Origin: an uncultured Gammaproteobacteria bacterium
GTDB lineage: Bacteria > Pseudomonadota > Gammaproteobacteria > JACCXJ01
DNA length: 64,000 bases
Reading direction: 5' to 3'
NCBI GenBank assembly: GCA_963764725.1
Contig: CAVXTM010000007.1
Span: 54,819 to 118,818 of the forward strand
The notes under the pieces were generated by a model that had not been told where the DNA came from, did not search any database, and worked only from the letters and a program-made list of their open reading frames with translations. Shown piece after piece: positions 38,257 to 48,046 of the stretch. A program made the translations under genes and the position numbers. Every line of letters starts with the position of its first letter. The first letter of the stretch is position 1.

Positions 38257-39180
38257 TCAATGGTCACTCGTGGGGCCATCTAATAAGGCATCGACGAACT
38301 CCGTAGGATCGAATTCCTTGAGGTCATCGATTTTTTCACCCAGCCCGATAAATCGGATCGGGATCTTGAGGCGTTCTGCCAAGGCAAAGACGATCCCTCC
38401 GCGCGCCGTCCCGTCGAGCTTGGTCAAGGTAACCCCGCTCAGCGTTACCGCATCATGGAACCGAGCGCCTTGATTGAGCGCGTTTTGACCGGTGGTCGCA
38501 TCGACCACCAGCATCGTTTCGTGCGGCGCTTCGGCATCGATTTTGGCCAGCACCCGGCGGATTTTTTTCAATTGGTCCATGAGGTTTTGTTGCGTATGCA
38601 AGCGGCCGGCGGTATCAACAATCAAAACCTCCGTGCCGCGCGCCGTCGCGTTTTCAAAGGCCTCGAAGGCGACGGCGGCCGGATCGCTTCCCCCCGCCTT
38701 CGCCGTGACCGGGACCCCCGCGCGCGCGCCCCAGGCGGCCAGTTGCTCGACCGCGGCGGCGCGAAAGGTATCGGCGGCCGCGACCGCGACGGAGCGGCCG
38801 CGAGTCCGCAAGAGGTGAGCCAGCTTTCCAATCGTGGTGGTCTTGCCGGTCCCGTTGACACCCACCATCAGTAGGACAAAGGGGCTCGGGCGGCTTGGCG
38901 GGATGATGAGCGGATGGGAGACGGGCGCCAAGTTTTCGAGGAGTTCCGCGCGTAACGCTTGGAACAGCCGATCCGTTCGGCTAAGCTCACGCCGTTTCAC
39001 ATGCAGCGCGAGGCTAACGATGATGCGCTCAGTGGTTTCGACCCCGACATCCGCCTCAAGCAGCAGCGTTTCAATCTGTTCCAAGGTCGTGGCGTCGATG
39101 CTCGCGCCCAGGTGCGTGAGCCGCGCGAAGCCCGCGCCGAACCGTTCGCGGGTACGTCTTAGGCCTTCTCTAAAGCCCAT
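38257..39180 (-). CDS. ftsY: SRP receptor FtsY (NG domain only)
   Basis: GVNGTGKTTTIGKLA, DTFRAAA, DTAGR, TKLDGTARGG. Confidence 0.97.
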   Translation of the reverse strand: MGFREGLRRTRERFGAGFARLTHLGASIDATTLEQIETLLLEADVGVETTERIIVSLALHVKRRELSRTDRLFQALRAELLENLAPVSHPLIIPPSRPSPFVLLMVGVNGTGKTTTIGKLAHLLRTRGRSVAVAAADTFRAAAVEQLAAWGARAGVPVTAKAGGSDPAAVAFEAFENATARGTEVLIVDTAGRLHTQQNLMDQLKKIRRVLAKIDAEAPHETMLVVDATTGQNALNQGARFHDAVTLSGVTLTKLDGTARGGIVFALAERLKIPIRFIGLGEKIDDLKEFDPTEFVDALLDGPTSDH

Positions 39181-39390
39181 GGCGGCGAGGCGCTTGGTTG
39201 GATCATAAATGTGTCGGCCGGACGTTCGGAGGTCGGATGATTAGGCACGAGGGGCGACCATCCTACCACCCTTGCCATCGGCTTGGCAGGCCTAGCCCGG
39301 CGGCGTTGGGCTAACTACGCGGGTTACGGTATGCTATTTTGCAGGCGCGTTTCCAACGGGCTGCGAAAGGAGGGGCATTGTCGAAGATAG

Positions 39391-39511
39391 TCAATTTGAT
39401 TTCGCCACCACGGGGGAACCCAGTGGGGCGACCAAAGGGGAGAGCTACGCCTCTCCCCTTTGGAAACCCCATGGCTCAGGATCCCGCGGCAAGACCGCGG
39501 GGAATAAATTT
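39391..39511. repeat. Three-hairpin MITE/REP-like element, copy 2 (inverted relative to copy 1)
   Basis: Reverse complement of 1460-1582 with a few substitutions and indels. Confidence 0.85.
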
Positions 39512-40874
39512 TAAACTAGCAATCGCGAGCCTGGCGTTCATGGCGATGACGTCAAGCCGGGCCGCGGCCGAGGCGCGCGAATTCTCACTTGAAAACGGAC
39601 TCAAGGTCATCGTACAAGAAGATCGTCGCGCGCCGGTGGTGGTGTCGCAGGTGTGGTACAAGGTCGGATCGAGTTATGAGCACGGTGGCATCACGGGAAT
39701 CTCGCACGCGCTTGAGCACATGATGTTCCAAGGCACGGCACGGCACGGTCCGGGCGAGTTCTCGCGCATTATTTCGGAGCACGGCGGGGAAGAAAACGCC
39801 TTCACTGGGATGGATTACACCGCCTACTTCCAAAAGCTGGACAGGGCTCACCTCGCCGTGAGCTTCGATCTCGAAGCGGATCGGATGCGAGGATTGAGGT
39901 TGTCGGACCAGGAATTCGGCAAAGAGATCAAGGTAGTCATGGAAGAGCGGCGGTTGCGCACGGAGGACAATCCGGAGGCCTTGGTTGTCGAGACGGCCCG
40001 GGCGCTTTCATTTCAAACGAGTCCCTACCGGCAGCCGATCATCGGTTGGATGAACGACATCGAAGAACTCAGCGTCGCCGATCTCCGCGCTTGGTATCGG
40101 CGCTGGTATGCGCCGAACAACGCCGTCGTCGTGGTGGTGGGCGATGTCGTCACGGATGAGGTCGGCGCGCTGGCTAAGAAATACTTCGGGCCGGTGCCCA
40201 AGTCCCCCGTGCTGCCCGTGAAGTCCCGCACGGAGGTGGTACAAAGAGGGATACGCCGCGCGACCGTCCGGCAACCGGCCAAGGTGCCTTATTTATTCTT
40301 GGGTTTTAAAGTCCCGGTACTGCGCACGGCCATCGGGTCGAAGCACGTCAGCCGCGAAGAAGTGTATGCCCTTGAGGTTCTCGCGGGTGTGCTCAGCGGC
40401 GGTGACAGCGCGCGCTTGAATCGGCGGCTGGTCCGGGAGCGCCAGATCGCGGCCGCGGCCAACGCCCAATATAGCTTGACGGATCGCTTGGATAGCCTCT
40501 TCGTGTTGGAGGCGACGCCCGCCGAAGGCCGCACGGTCCAGGAACTGGAAACGGCGTTGCGTGAGGAAATCGCGCTCCTCAAGACTAAGCCCATCGATGC
40601 GGCTGAACTGCGGCGTATCAAAGCCCAAGTGGTCGCCAACGATGTCTTCGAGCGCGACTCGATGTTCTATCAAGCCATGCAGATCGGTCTGCTGGAAACG
40701 GTGGGGCTCGATTGGAGGCTCAAGGATCAGTATGTCGACAATATCAAGGCCGTGACGGCCGAAGAGGTTCAGAGCGCGGCGCGCAAGTATTTTGTTGACG
40801 ACGGATTAACCGTCGCGATTATGCAGCCGGTCTCCTCATCCAGCCTCCCCGCAACCGCTGAAGGAGCGTTATGA
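39471..40874 (+). CDS. M16B zinc peptidase, catalytic subunit
   Basis: HALEHMMF (HxxEH), ENAFT, EERRLR; signal-like segment; start uncertain. Confidence 0.9.
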   Translation: MAQDPAARPRGINFKLAIASLAFMAMTSSRAAAEAREFSLENGLKVIVQEDRRAPVVVSQVWYKVGSSYEHGGITGISHALEHMMFQGTARHGPGEFSRIISEHGGEENAFTGMDYTAYFQKLDRAHLAVSFDLEADRMRGLRLSDQEFGKEIKVVMEERRLRTEDNPEALVVETARALSFQTSPYRQPIIGWMNDIEELSVADLRAWYRRWYAPNNAVVVVVGDVVTDEVGALAKKYFGPVPKSPVLPVKSRTEVVQRGIRRATVRQPAKVPYLFLGFKVPVLRTAIGSKHVSREEVYALEVLAGVLSGGDSARLNRRLVRERQIAAAANAQYSLTDRLDSLFVLEATPAEGRTVQELETALREEIALLKTKPIDAAELRRIKAQVVANDVFERDSMFYQAMQIGLLETVGLDWRLKDQYVDNIKAVTAEEVQSAARKYFVDDGLTVAIMQPVSSSSLPATAEGAL

Positions 40875-42244
40875 GAAATCGTTGCTTCATCCTGTTGCTG
40901 ATGCTGTGCGCGTCCGCCGCAGCCCCCGCCGGGCCGCGGATCGCGTCCTGGCAAACTGCTTCCGGCGCCAAGGTCCTTTTTGTCCGGGCCAGCGAGATCC
41001 CCATGGCCGATGTCCGCGTGGTCTTCGATGCCGGCAGCGCGCGCGATGGCGCGCAATGGGGATTGGCCGGCTTGACCAATGCCATGCTGGCGGAAGGCGC
41101 TAACGGCCTCTCTGGGCAAACGATCAGCGAACGCTTCGACGACGTCGGCGCCCGCTACGGCAACGGCGTCCTCCGCGATATGGCCTGGGTCAGTCTCCGC
41201 AGCATCACGGAGCCAGCAACCCTAGAGGCAGCGCTCACCACGCTCGCGCAGGTCTTGCAGTCACCAGACTTTCCCGCCTCGGCCTTGGAGCGTGAGCGCA
41301 AGCGGATGCTAACCGGATTGAAACAAAGAGAGCAGGACCCCGGCGCCAAGGCTGAGGACGCATTTTATTCTAGACTGTATAAGGATCATCCCTATGGCTC
41401 GCCGCCTCAAGGGAACGAGAGGACGTTATTGGCGTTAAAGCGCGAGGATGTATTGGCGTTCTACAGGCGCTTTTACAGCGCGCGCAACGCGATCATCGCG
41501 ATCGTCGGCGATCTCGATCAAGACCGCGCGGCGGAGATCGCGGAGCGACTCACCGCCAAACTGCCGCCGGGGACCAAGCCACCGCCATTGGCGCCGGCGC
41601 CGGCGCTAAACCAAACCCTGGAGGTCAAGGTTCCGTTCGCATCGACGCAAACACATGTCTGGGTGGGCGCCCCAGGATTGGCGCGCTTGGATCCGGACAC
41701 CTTCCCGCTGTACGTGGGCAATCACAGCTTGGGCGGTGGCGGATTCGTATCGCGCTTATATAAGACCATCCGCGAACGGCGCGGGCTGTCTTATAGCGTT
41801 TACAGTTATTTCATCCCCATGCGTGTCACGGGCCCGTTTATCGCCGCGTTGCAGACGAGCAATGCGCAGGCGGACAAGGCGCTCGATCTGCTCGTCTACA
41901 CCATACAGGACTACATCGAGACGGGCCCCTCGGAGGCGGAGCTCGAAGCCTCAAAGAAAAATATCCAGGGCGGGTTCCCGTTGCGGATAGACAGTAACAG
42001 CGAAATCGTCGAATACCTCGTGATCATCGGCTTCTACAATCTGCCGCTCGATTACTTGGAGACCTACGTAGACCAGGTCAAGGCCGTGACCCTCAGTGAG
42101 ATCCGCGACGCGTACCAGCGGCGGCTGCACCCGGTGAATCTCGTCAGGATCATCGTCGGGCCGGAAGGTGCCGAGACCGCATCGGCACAGCCCGCGGCGC
42201 CCCCGCCGCCGCTTCGGCATCTCCATGGTGGCGGCACTCCATAG
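40871..42244 (+). CDS. M16B peptidase, non-catalytic partner subunit
   Basis: Lacks HxxEH; has the SRLYKTIRERRGLSYSVYS R/Y motif; signal peptide. Confidence 0.9.
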   Translation: MRNRCFILLLMLCASAAAPAGPRIASWQTASGAKVLFVRASEIPMADVRVVFDAGSARDGAQWGLAGLTNAMLAEGANGLSGQTISERFDDVGARYGNGVLRDMAWVSLRSITEPATLEAALTTLAQVLQSPDFPASALERERKRMLTGLKQREQDPGAKAEDAFYSRLYKDHPYGSPPQGNERTLLALKREDVLAFYRRFYSARNAIIAIVGDLDQDRAAEIAERLTAKLPPGTKPPPLAPAPALNQTLEVKVPFASTQTHVWVGAPGLARLDPDTFPLYVGNHSLGGGGFVSRLYKTIRERRGLSYSVYSYFIPMRVTGPFIAALQTSNAQADKALDLLVYTIQDYIETGPSEAELEASKKNIQGGFPLRIDSNSEIVEYLVIIGFYNLPLDYLETYVDQVKAVTLSEIRDAYQRRLHPVNLVRIIVGPEGAETASAQPAAPPPPLRHLHGGGTP

Positions 42245-42797
42245 TAAGGCGCCGGGCAGCGTCCGGATCATCGGTGGCCAATGGCGCCGGACACGGCTGC
42301 CCGTGCTCGATGTTCCCACCCTCCGTCCCAGCGGCGATCGCGTGCGCGAGACGCTGTTCAATTGGCTCCAGCCCGTGATCGCGGGCAGCCGTTGCTTGGA
42401 TCTCTTCGCGGGCACCGGTGTGCTGGGGTTTGAAGCGGCTTCGCGCGGGGCCCGCGAGGTGGCGCTGGTGGAGCAGGACCACAAAGTCGTAAAAGTATTG
42501 ACCGAGACCGCGCGGCGATTGAGCGCGCAAGCGGTCACGATCGTCAACCAGAATGTGCTCGCGTATTTGGGTGGCCCGGGCCGGCCCTTCGATATCGTCT
42601 TTATCGACCCGCCCTTCGCGCACGGACTCTGGGAACCCTGCATGCTCAAGCTGCAAGCAGGGGGATGGCTGCAACCCGGCGCCTATGTGTTTCTCGAAAC
42701 CCCGCATGGTATCACCCTTTCTTTGCCGGATCGGTGGAAGGTGGAACGCAACGGTCGCGCGGGGAACGTGGACTTCCTGCTCGCTTGTGCCCATTGA
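42225..42797 (+). CDS. rsmD: 16S rRNA (guanine966-N2)-methyltransferase
   Basis: VRIIGGQWR, RVRETLFNWL, LDLFAGTG, DPPF. Confidence 0.95.
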   Translation: MVAALHSKAPGSVRIIGGQWRRTRLPVLDVPTLRPSGDRVRETLFNWLQPVIAGSRCLDLFAGTGVLGFEAASRGAREVALVEQDHKVVKVLTETARRLSAQAVTIVNQNVLAYLGGPGRPFDIVFIDPPFAHGLWEPCMLKLQAGGWLQPGAYVFLETPHGITLSLPDRWKVERNGRAGNVDFLLACAH

Positions 42798-42810
42798 TCC
42801 GCGGCCTACC

Positions 42811-43299
42811 ATGCGCATCACCGCCATCTACCCCGGCAGCTTCGATCCGATTACCCACGGCCATACGGATATCGTGATCCGGGCTAGCCGCCTTTTCGAG
42901 CGCGTGGTGGTCGCCGTAGCCGCGAGCACCACAAAACATACCGTATTCACGGCGGACGAGCGGGTCGCGTTTGCGCAGACCGTTTTTGATGGAGTACAAA
43001 ACGTCACGGTCTGCAGCTTCGACGGACTGTTGGCAGATGCGGCGCGCGAGCACCGGGCCAGCGTGATCTTGCGCGGGCTGCGCGCCGTCTCCGATTTCGA
43101 GCACGAGTTTCAGATGGCGGGCATGAACCGCAAGCTGGTGCCCGAGGCCGATACCCTGTTTTTAACGACAGCTGAACAGTACGGTTACATCTCTTCGAGC
43201 TTGGTGCGTGAGGTGGCCTCGCTCGGGGGAGATGTGAGTGAGTTCGTGCATCCCGCCGTGGTTGAGGCCTTGAACCGGCGGCTGCCACGACGCGGGTGA
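42811..43299 (+). CDS. coaD: Phosphopantetheine adenylyltransferase
   Basis: YPGSFDPITHGH, RGLRAVSDFE, ISSSLVREVA. Confidence 0.97.
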   Translation: MRITAIYPGSFDPITHGHTDIVIRASRLFERVVVAVAASTTKHTVFTADERVAFAQTVFDGVQNVTVCSFDGLLADAAREHRASVILRGLRAVSDFEHEFQMAGMNRKLVPEADTLFLTTAEQYGYISSSLVREVASLGGDVSEFVHPAVVEALNRRLPRRG

Positions 43300-45092
43300 A
43301 AACATCGGCGTCTAGCCGCCGCCTGGCAATCCTTTTCAGCCTCTGGTTTATCTGTACGCCGCCCTCCCGCGCCGGGCAGGGGACACAAGCGGCCGTCGTT
43401 AGCGCCCACCCTCTCGCAACCGAGGCAGGAGCCGGAGTCCTCGCGGCCGGAGGCAATGCCTTCGATGCCGCGGTGGCGGTAAGCGCTGCCTTAGCAGTAG
43501 TGGAACCGTACGCTTCCGGGTTGGGCGGCGGCGGGTTTTGGCTCCTGCACCGCGCCCGCGACGGCAAGCAGGTTTTCTTGGACGGGCGTGAGACCGCGCC
43601 GCTAGGAGCCTCGCGTGACATGTATGTCAAATCGATCCCCGGTGCATCGATTAACGGCGCGCTCTCGGCCGCCATCCCCGGTTTGCCGGCAGGCCTCGCG
43701 CACCTCGCCACGCACTACGGCCGCTGGCCGCTCAAGCGATCCCTTGCGCCCGCGATACGTCTGGCTCGCGGCGGCTTTGCGGTCACACCGCGCTACCGCG
43801 AAATGGCGAAGCTGCGGCTCAATGCCTTGCGCGCTTCCCCGGCCGCCGCTGCGGTGTTCTTGAGCGGTGGCGAGCCGCCGTCCGTAGGCTACCGGATCGT
43901 GCAGCCCGATGCGGCCAGTTTGCTCGTAAATCTCGGCGAGCACGGCGGGGCGGCATTTTATACAGGAGAATTCGCCATCCGCTTAGTGCAAGGCGTCCGC
44001 GCCGAGGGAGGCATCTGGAGCCGGGCCGATCTAGCCGGCTACCGCGCCATCGAGCGCGAGCCTATCCGAGCGGATTACCATGGCATTCGCATCGTCACCG
44101 CGCCGCTGCCCTCATCCGGGGGTATCGTGCTGGCCGAAGCCCTCAATATCCTGGAGGGATATGATCTCGATCGCGTCGATGCACCCACCCGGAAGCATGT
44201 GATCGTCGAAGCATTGCGGGCTGCCTATCAGGACCGCGCGGAGCACCTGGGCGATGCGGATTTTGTCGCCGTTCCTCTGGAGCGGCTCCTGAGCAAGGGT
44301 TATGCGCATGCGCGCCGGCGAGGCATCGATCTGGAAAAAGCGACGCCGAGCCATGGATTAGCGACGAAGCCGGCGTCTGGTTCCGGGAACACTACGCATT
44401 TTTCGATCATCGATTGTGAGGGTAACCGCGTGGCCGCGACCCTCAGCATCAATGACTGGTTCGGCTCGGGTTATATGGTCCCTGGGACCGGCGTGCTGTT
44501 GAACGATGAAATGGATGACTTCAGCGTCAGTCCGGGCGTACCCAATGTGTATGGACTGGTGGGCGGGAAAGCCAACGAAATCGCGCCGCGCAAACGACCG
44601 CTCTCGAGCATGAGCCCATCGTTCCTGGAAGATCGCGCGCGGTTCGCGATCGTGGGAACGCCGGGGGGTAGCCGGATAATCAGCATGGTGTTGCTCGCAG
44701 TGCTCGATTTCTCCGCCGGCCGCCCGATCTCGACTTGGGTGGGGCGCCCGCGGTTCCATCACCAGTATTTACCCGACCGCATCGAATACGAACCTTTCGC
44801 GCTCACGCCGAACGAACGAGCCGGCTTGCGGCGGCGCGGCCACGCCCTGACGCCATTAACGCGCCGCTACGGAAACATGCAGGCGATTATCGTGGACGGC
44901 ACCGCGCATACTGTTCACGCGGCCAGCGATCTGCGAGGCGAGGGGACAGCACGCGTACTCCCCTGCTTGTGCGCACTTAGTGACCCGCGGCGCCCGGACG
45001 CGCCAAGCCGCTCGACTGCGAGCTATCACAAACTAGCCGGAGTGGAACTGCACGATCGCCGCAGAATAGCAAAGCACGCCACGCCGCGATAG
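43296..45092 (+). CDS. ggt: Gamma-glutamyltransferase
   Basis: GGNAFDAAVA, SGLGGGGF, TTHFS autoprocessing Thr, NDEMDDF, RPLSSMSP, GTPGGSRI. Confidence 0.93.
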   Translation: MKTSASSRRLAILFSLWFICTPPSRAGQGTQAAVVSAHPLATEAGAGVLAAGGNAFDAAVAVSAALAVVEPYASGLGGGGFWLLHRARDGKQVFLDGRETAPLGASRDMYVKSIPGASINGALSAAIPGLPAGLAHLATHYGRWPLKRSLAPAIRLARGGFAVTPRYREMAKLRLNALRASPAAAAVFLSGGEPPSVGYRIVQPDAASLLVNLGEHGGAAFYTGEFAIRLVQGVRAEGGIWSRADLAGYRAIEREPIRADYHGIRIVTAPLPSSGGIVLAEALNILEGYDLDRVDAPTRKHVIVEALRAAYQDRAEHLGDADFVAVPLERLLSKGYAHARRRGIDLEKATPSHGLATKPASGSGNTTHFSIIDCEGNRVAATLSINDWFGSGYMVPGTGVLLNDEMDDFSVSPGVPNVYGLVGGKANEIAPRKRPLSSMSPSFLEDRARFAIVGTPGGSRIISMVLLAVLDFSAGRPISTWVGRPRFHHQYLPDRIEYEPFALTPNERAGLRRRGHALTPLTRRYGNMQAIIVDGTAHTVHAASDLRGEGTARVLPCLCALSDPRRPDAPSRSTASYHKLAGVELHDRRRIAKHATPR

Positions 45093-45151
45093 CGACGCCA
45101 TTAGCGCCAGCGTACTCGGATTCCCACCGCGCGTCTTTCGGACGACCCTCG

Positions 45152-46118
45152 CTACGCGCGGTCCAGCGGGCTCCGTACCGCCTTACCCGCCCTTGTTGAG
45201 CACATGGGTATAGATCATGGTGGTACTCACGTCCTGATGGCCGAGCAGCTCTTGCACCGTGCGAATGTCATAGCCGGCCTCCAGTAGATGGGTCGCAAAG
45301 GAATGGCGAAAGGTGTGGCAGGTCGCCGGTTTTGCTATTCGAGAGGCGCGCACGGCGCTTTTCACCGCCCGTTGCAGTGACTTCTCGTCGATGTGATGAC
45401 GCCGCTCCTTCCCGGAACGCGGGTCAACCGAGCGTTTGGAGGCCGGGAAAACATACTGCCAGCCCCACTCCCTGGCGGCATTTTGGTACTTTTTCTCCAG
45501 GGCAAACGGCAAATAGACCTCGCCAAAGCCCTCGGCCAGATCTTTCTCGTGGATGGCCCGCACCTTCTCCAGATGGTTCTTCAGCGCTTCGGTTGCACTC
45601 TGTGGCAAGATGCTGACGCGGTCGTTGCCGCCTTTCCCATCCCGGACCAGGATTTCGCCGCGCTCAAAGTCCGCATCCTTGACGCGTAGTCTCACGCACT
45701 CCATCAACCGCAATCCCGCGCCATACAAGAGCTTCGCCATCAGCTCATGGCGCCCATCGAGATGGGCCAGCACCGACCGCACCTCGGCCTGGGTCAAGAC
45801 CACCGGCAAGCGCGATGGCCGCTTCGCCCGCTGCAGATCATCGAGCCACCCGAGCTCCCTCCCCAGCACCTCTTGATAAAGGAACACCAGCGCGCTCAGC
45901 GCCTGGTTCTGAGTGGACGCCGCCACATGCCGGTCTGTCGCCAGATGGCTGATAAACTCTGAAACCTCCCGATTCCCCATGGTTTCGGGGTGACGTTTGC
46001 GGTGAAACAGGACAAAGCGCTTGATCCAATCGATATAGGCCTGTTCGGTGCGGATGCTATGATGCTTGACCCTTAATTTCTCCCGCACCTGGTCCAGGAG
46101 TCTTGGCTTGTCTTGCAT
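45152..46118 (-). CDS. intI: Integron integrase IntI (1-nt frameshift near the C-terminus)
   Basis: [25 protein letters not shown], IntI-specific insertion [11 protein letters not shown]...[26 protein letters not shown]; the tail [10 protein letters not shown] lies in the next frame. Confidence 0.95.
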
Positions 46119-46214
46119 AGAAGAGCCGTGTATATAAACCGATTCCAAAAGTGGGTTTATTCAGGGCATGGTTAGAAGCCCGGAAAAACCTAAGCTCAAG
46201 GATTTTTACACCCC

Positions 46215-46265
46215 ACGTTTTAACTTTTTCAGGGGGTCATTTGGGGTTGCTACTTCATGTTAGCT
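46215..46265 (+). other. attI site (core GTTAGCT at 46259-46265)
   Basis: Upstream of the divergent intI; core is complementary to the cassette-1 inverse core AGCTAAC; left boundary approximate. Confidence 0.7.
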
Positions 46266-46271
46266 GCTCAT

Positions 46272-46919
46272 ATGAGCGAAGCATCTCTTCAGTCCATCTA
46301 CACTTCGCAAATTGCCGAGGCTACCTTACGGTTGCTGTCAGCGAAGCGCTTTCTGATTGCGTTCAACGCATCTGCAAATATCCCAGAGCTTGAGGCGGCA
46401 GTGCTACAAGTTCGGAAGGCTTTGGAAACGATCGCTTTTGCTGCAATCGCTCCAGACAAGAAACAATACGCAGCGTTTCGGGCCACAGCGACCAGCAGCC
46501 CGGACTTCACTAAGGACTATCACGCCGCGAAAATATTCACTGCACTGGCGAAGGTTAACAAGGACTTCTATCCAGTAGCTTTGGTACCGGCCGTGCGTCG
46601 GCCCGACGGATCACATCACTTTGGTAATAAGCAATCTGGCTATCTCACGAAGAAGAGATTTGAAGCAGCGTACGATCGGCTCGGTAAGCATTTGCATGCT
46701 CACAATCCGTGGAGTGGAAATAAGAATCTTCAGAATCTCGCGAAAGATCTGCCCTCAACCATCGAGGAGACGCATGCGTTGCTCGATCTTCATGCGCGTT
46801 TCATTAGAACCCCCGAGTTCCACGGCGTTTGGATCTTTGAAACAGATCGGCTGGGTGGCTTGCCGCGAATAATCACTGCAACAGCAACGGGGCCGTATGT
46901 TGTCACCCGCAGCAGCTAA
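46272..46919 (+). CDS. Gene cassette 1: hypothetical protein
   Basis: ORF fills the attI-attC1 interval; stop TAA lies within the inverse core. Confidence 0.85.
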   Translation: MSEASLQSIYTSQIAEATLRLLSAKRFLIAFNASANIPELEAAVLQVRKALETIAFAAIAPDKKQYAAFRATATSSPDFTKDYHAAKIFTALAKVNKDFYPVALVPAVRRPDGSHHFGNKQSGYLTKKRFEAAYDRLGKHLHAHNPWSGNKNLQNLAKDLPSTIEETHALLDLHARFIRTPEFHGVWIFETDRLGGLPRIITATATGPYVVTRSS

Positions 46920-47003
46920 CAACCGCGTCGAGCACGCGCACGTTGTGCGCTCGACTCGCAAAGAGCGATGCTCTTTGCTCGCGGCTCACGCGGGACGTTA
47001 GAA
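46914..47003 (+). other. attC1
   Basis: R'' AGCTAAC, L'' GCGTCGAGC / L' GCTCACGC with an extrahelical base, R' GTTAGAA. Confidence 0.9.
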
Positions 47004-47009
47004 CGCGCT

Positions 47010-47744
47010 ATGAACTGTGCGCTGTGCCTCAGAGCCGGGGAACTTCAGAGATCCCATGTCATTCCGGAGTTCCTTTTCCGCGCGCTTTACGACGAGATTC
47101 ACCGGTTTCATGTGATTTCGACCGACGAGGCTGAACGGAATAAGTATCAACAGAAAGGTCCTCGCGAACCACTCCTTTGCGCGGCCTGCGAGCAGCAATT
47201 CTCTCGCTACGAACGTTACGCAAGTCTTGCCTTGAGCGGAGGTATCGAGCTTGGGTATCAATTTGATGGCCCGGCGATCGTGCTTTCCGGCCTCGAATAC
47301 AAGCAGTTTCGACTTTTCCAGTTATCAGTGCTTTGGCGAGCCGGCGTCTCTCGCCATGAATTCTTCAAGGATGTCTCCCTTGGCCCGCACGAAGAACCGT
47401 TACGTTTGGCGCTGCTCGATGAAGACCCTGGCCCCTCTGAAAGATATGGCTGCATCATGTGCGCAGTCCTTCATGAGGGGAAGATTCAACAAGATCTAGT
47501 ACTACAACCGGAGCGTGTTCGGTTTTCCGGCCTTAGTGGCTACCGGTTCGTATTTGGTGGGCTGGTGTGGATTTATGTCGTATCAGGTCATCGGTCATCT
47601 ACAGGCATCGAGCGCGGCTTTCTTCAAGAAGACGGGAGAGCGGTCGTCCCAATGAAAGAACTCGGTGATTTTGGTGATCTCATCCAAATGGGCCGCAAGC
47701 TCCAGGCTCAAGGAAAGCTGGGCGAAGCGCGTCCTAACCAGTAA
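47010..47744 (+). CDS. Gene cassette 2: putative Zn-binding HNH-like protein
   Basis: CALC...SHVIP...LLCAACEQQFS pattern; cassette starts TTAGAACGCGC and ends GCGCGTCCTAAC. Confidence 0.7.
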   Translation: MNCALCLRAGELQRSHVIPEFLFRALYDEIHRFHVISTDEAERNKYQQKGPREPLLCAACEQQFSRYERYASLALSGGIELGYQFDGPAIVLSGLEYKQFRLFQLSVLWRAGVSRHEFFKDVSLGPHEEPLRLALLDEDPGPSERYGCIMCAVLHEGKIQQDLVLQPERVRFSGLSGYRFVFGGLVWIYVVSGHRSSTGIERGFLQEDGRAVVPMKELGDFGDLIQMGRKLQAQGKLGEARPNQ

Positions 47745-48046
47745 GGATTGAGACGACCATGGATGGTCGTTTCAATCCAATGTTCAAGAAGCCCGGTGTT
47801 GGGTGGGTTCTTTATTAAGGGGATTGCTTCGGTGAAGGGTGGGTGATGTGGTGGCTATGGGAATCGGGAGCTGGAGATAGCCGCAGTAGAGGGCGATCGG
47901 ATCTGGGTGTTGGGTATCGTAATCGGATTTAGGGACCTGTTAATAATGCCTTTCAGGGTGCGAATTAGGGGTCGCAGGCAAAGGGAGGCCGTGACCCGAA
48001 GAAAACACTGGGCGGTGCGGCGCGAGCGTTTGCAAGTTGCTATGGG

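Noticed and set aside
46126-46141. LexA box upstream of intI (CCGT-GTATATAA-ACCG)
   Set aside because: Position and spacing fit, but both half-sites differ from CTGT-N8-ACAG at conserved positions. At best a degenerate site.
47732-47788. Treating TCCTAAC...GTTCAAG as the native attC of cassette 2, with the IS91 unit as an ordinary forward cassette
   Set aside because: The spacers are asymmetric (6 versus 3 nt) and there is no extrahelical L-box base, whereas 50223-50271 supplies a canonical attC body. The hairpin fits better as the element's own end, though this is not fully excluded.
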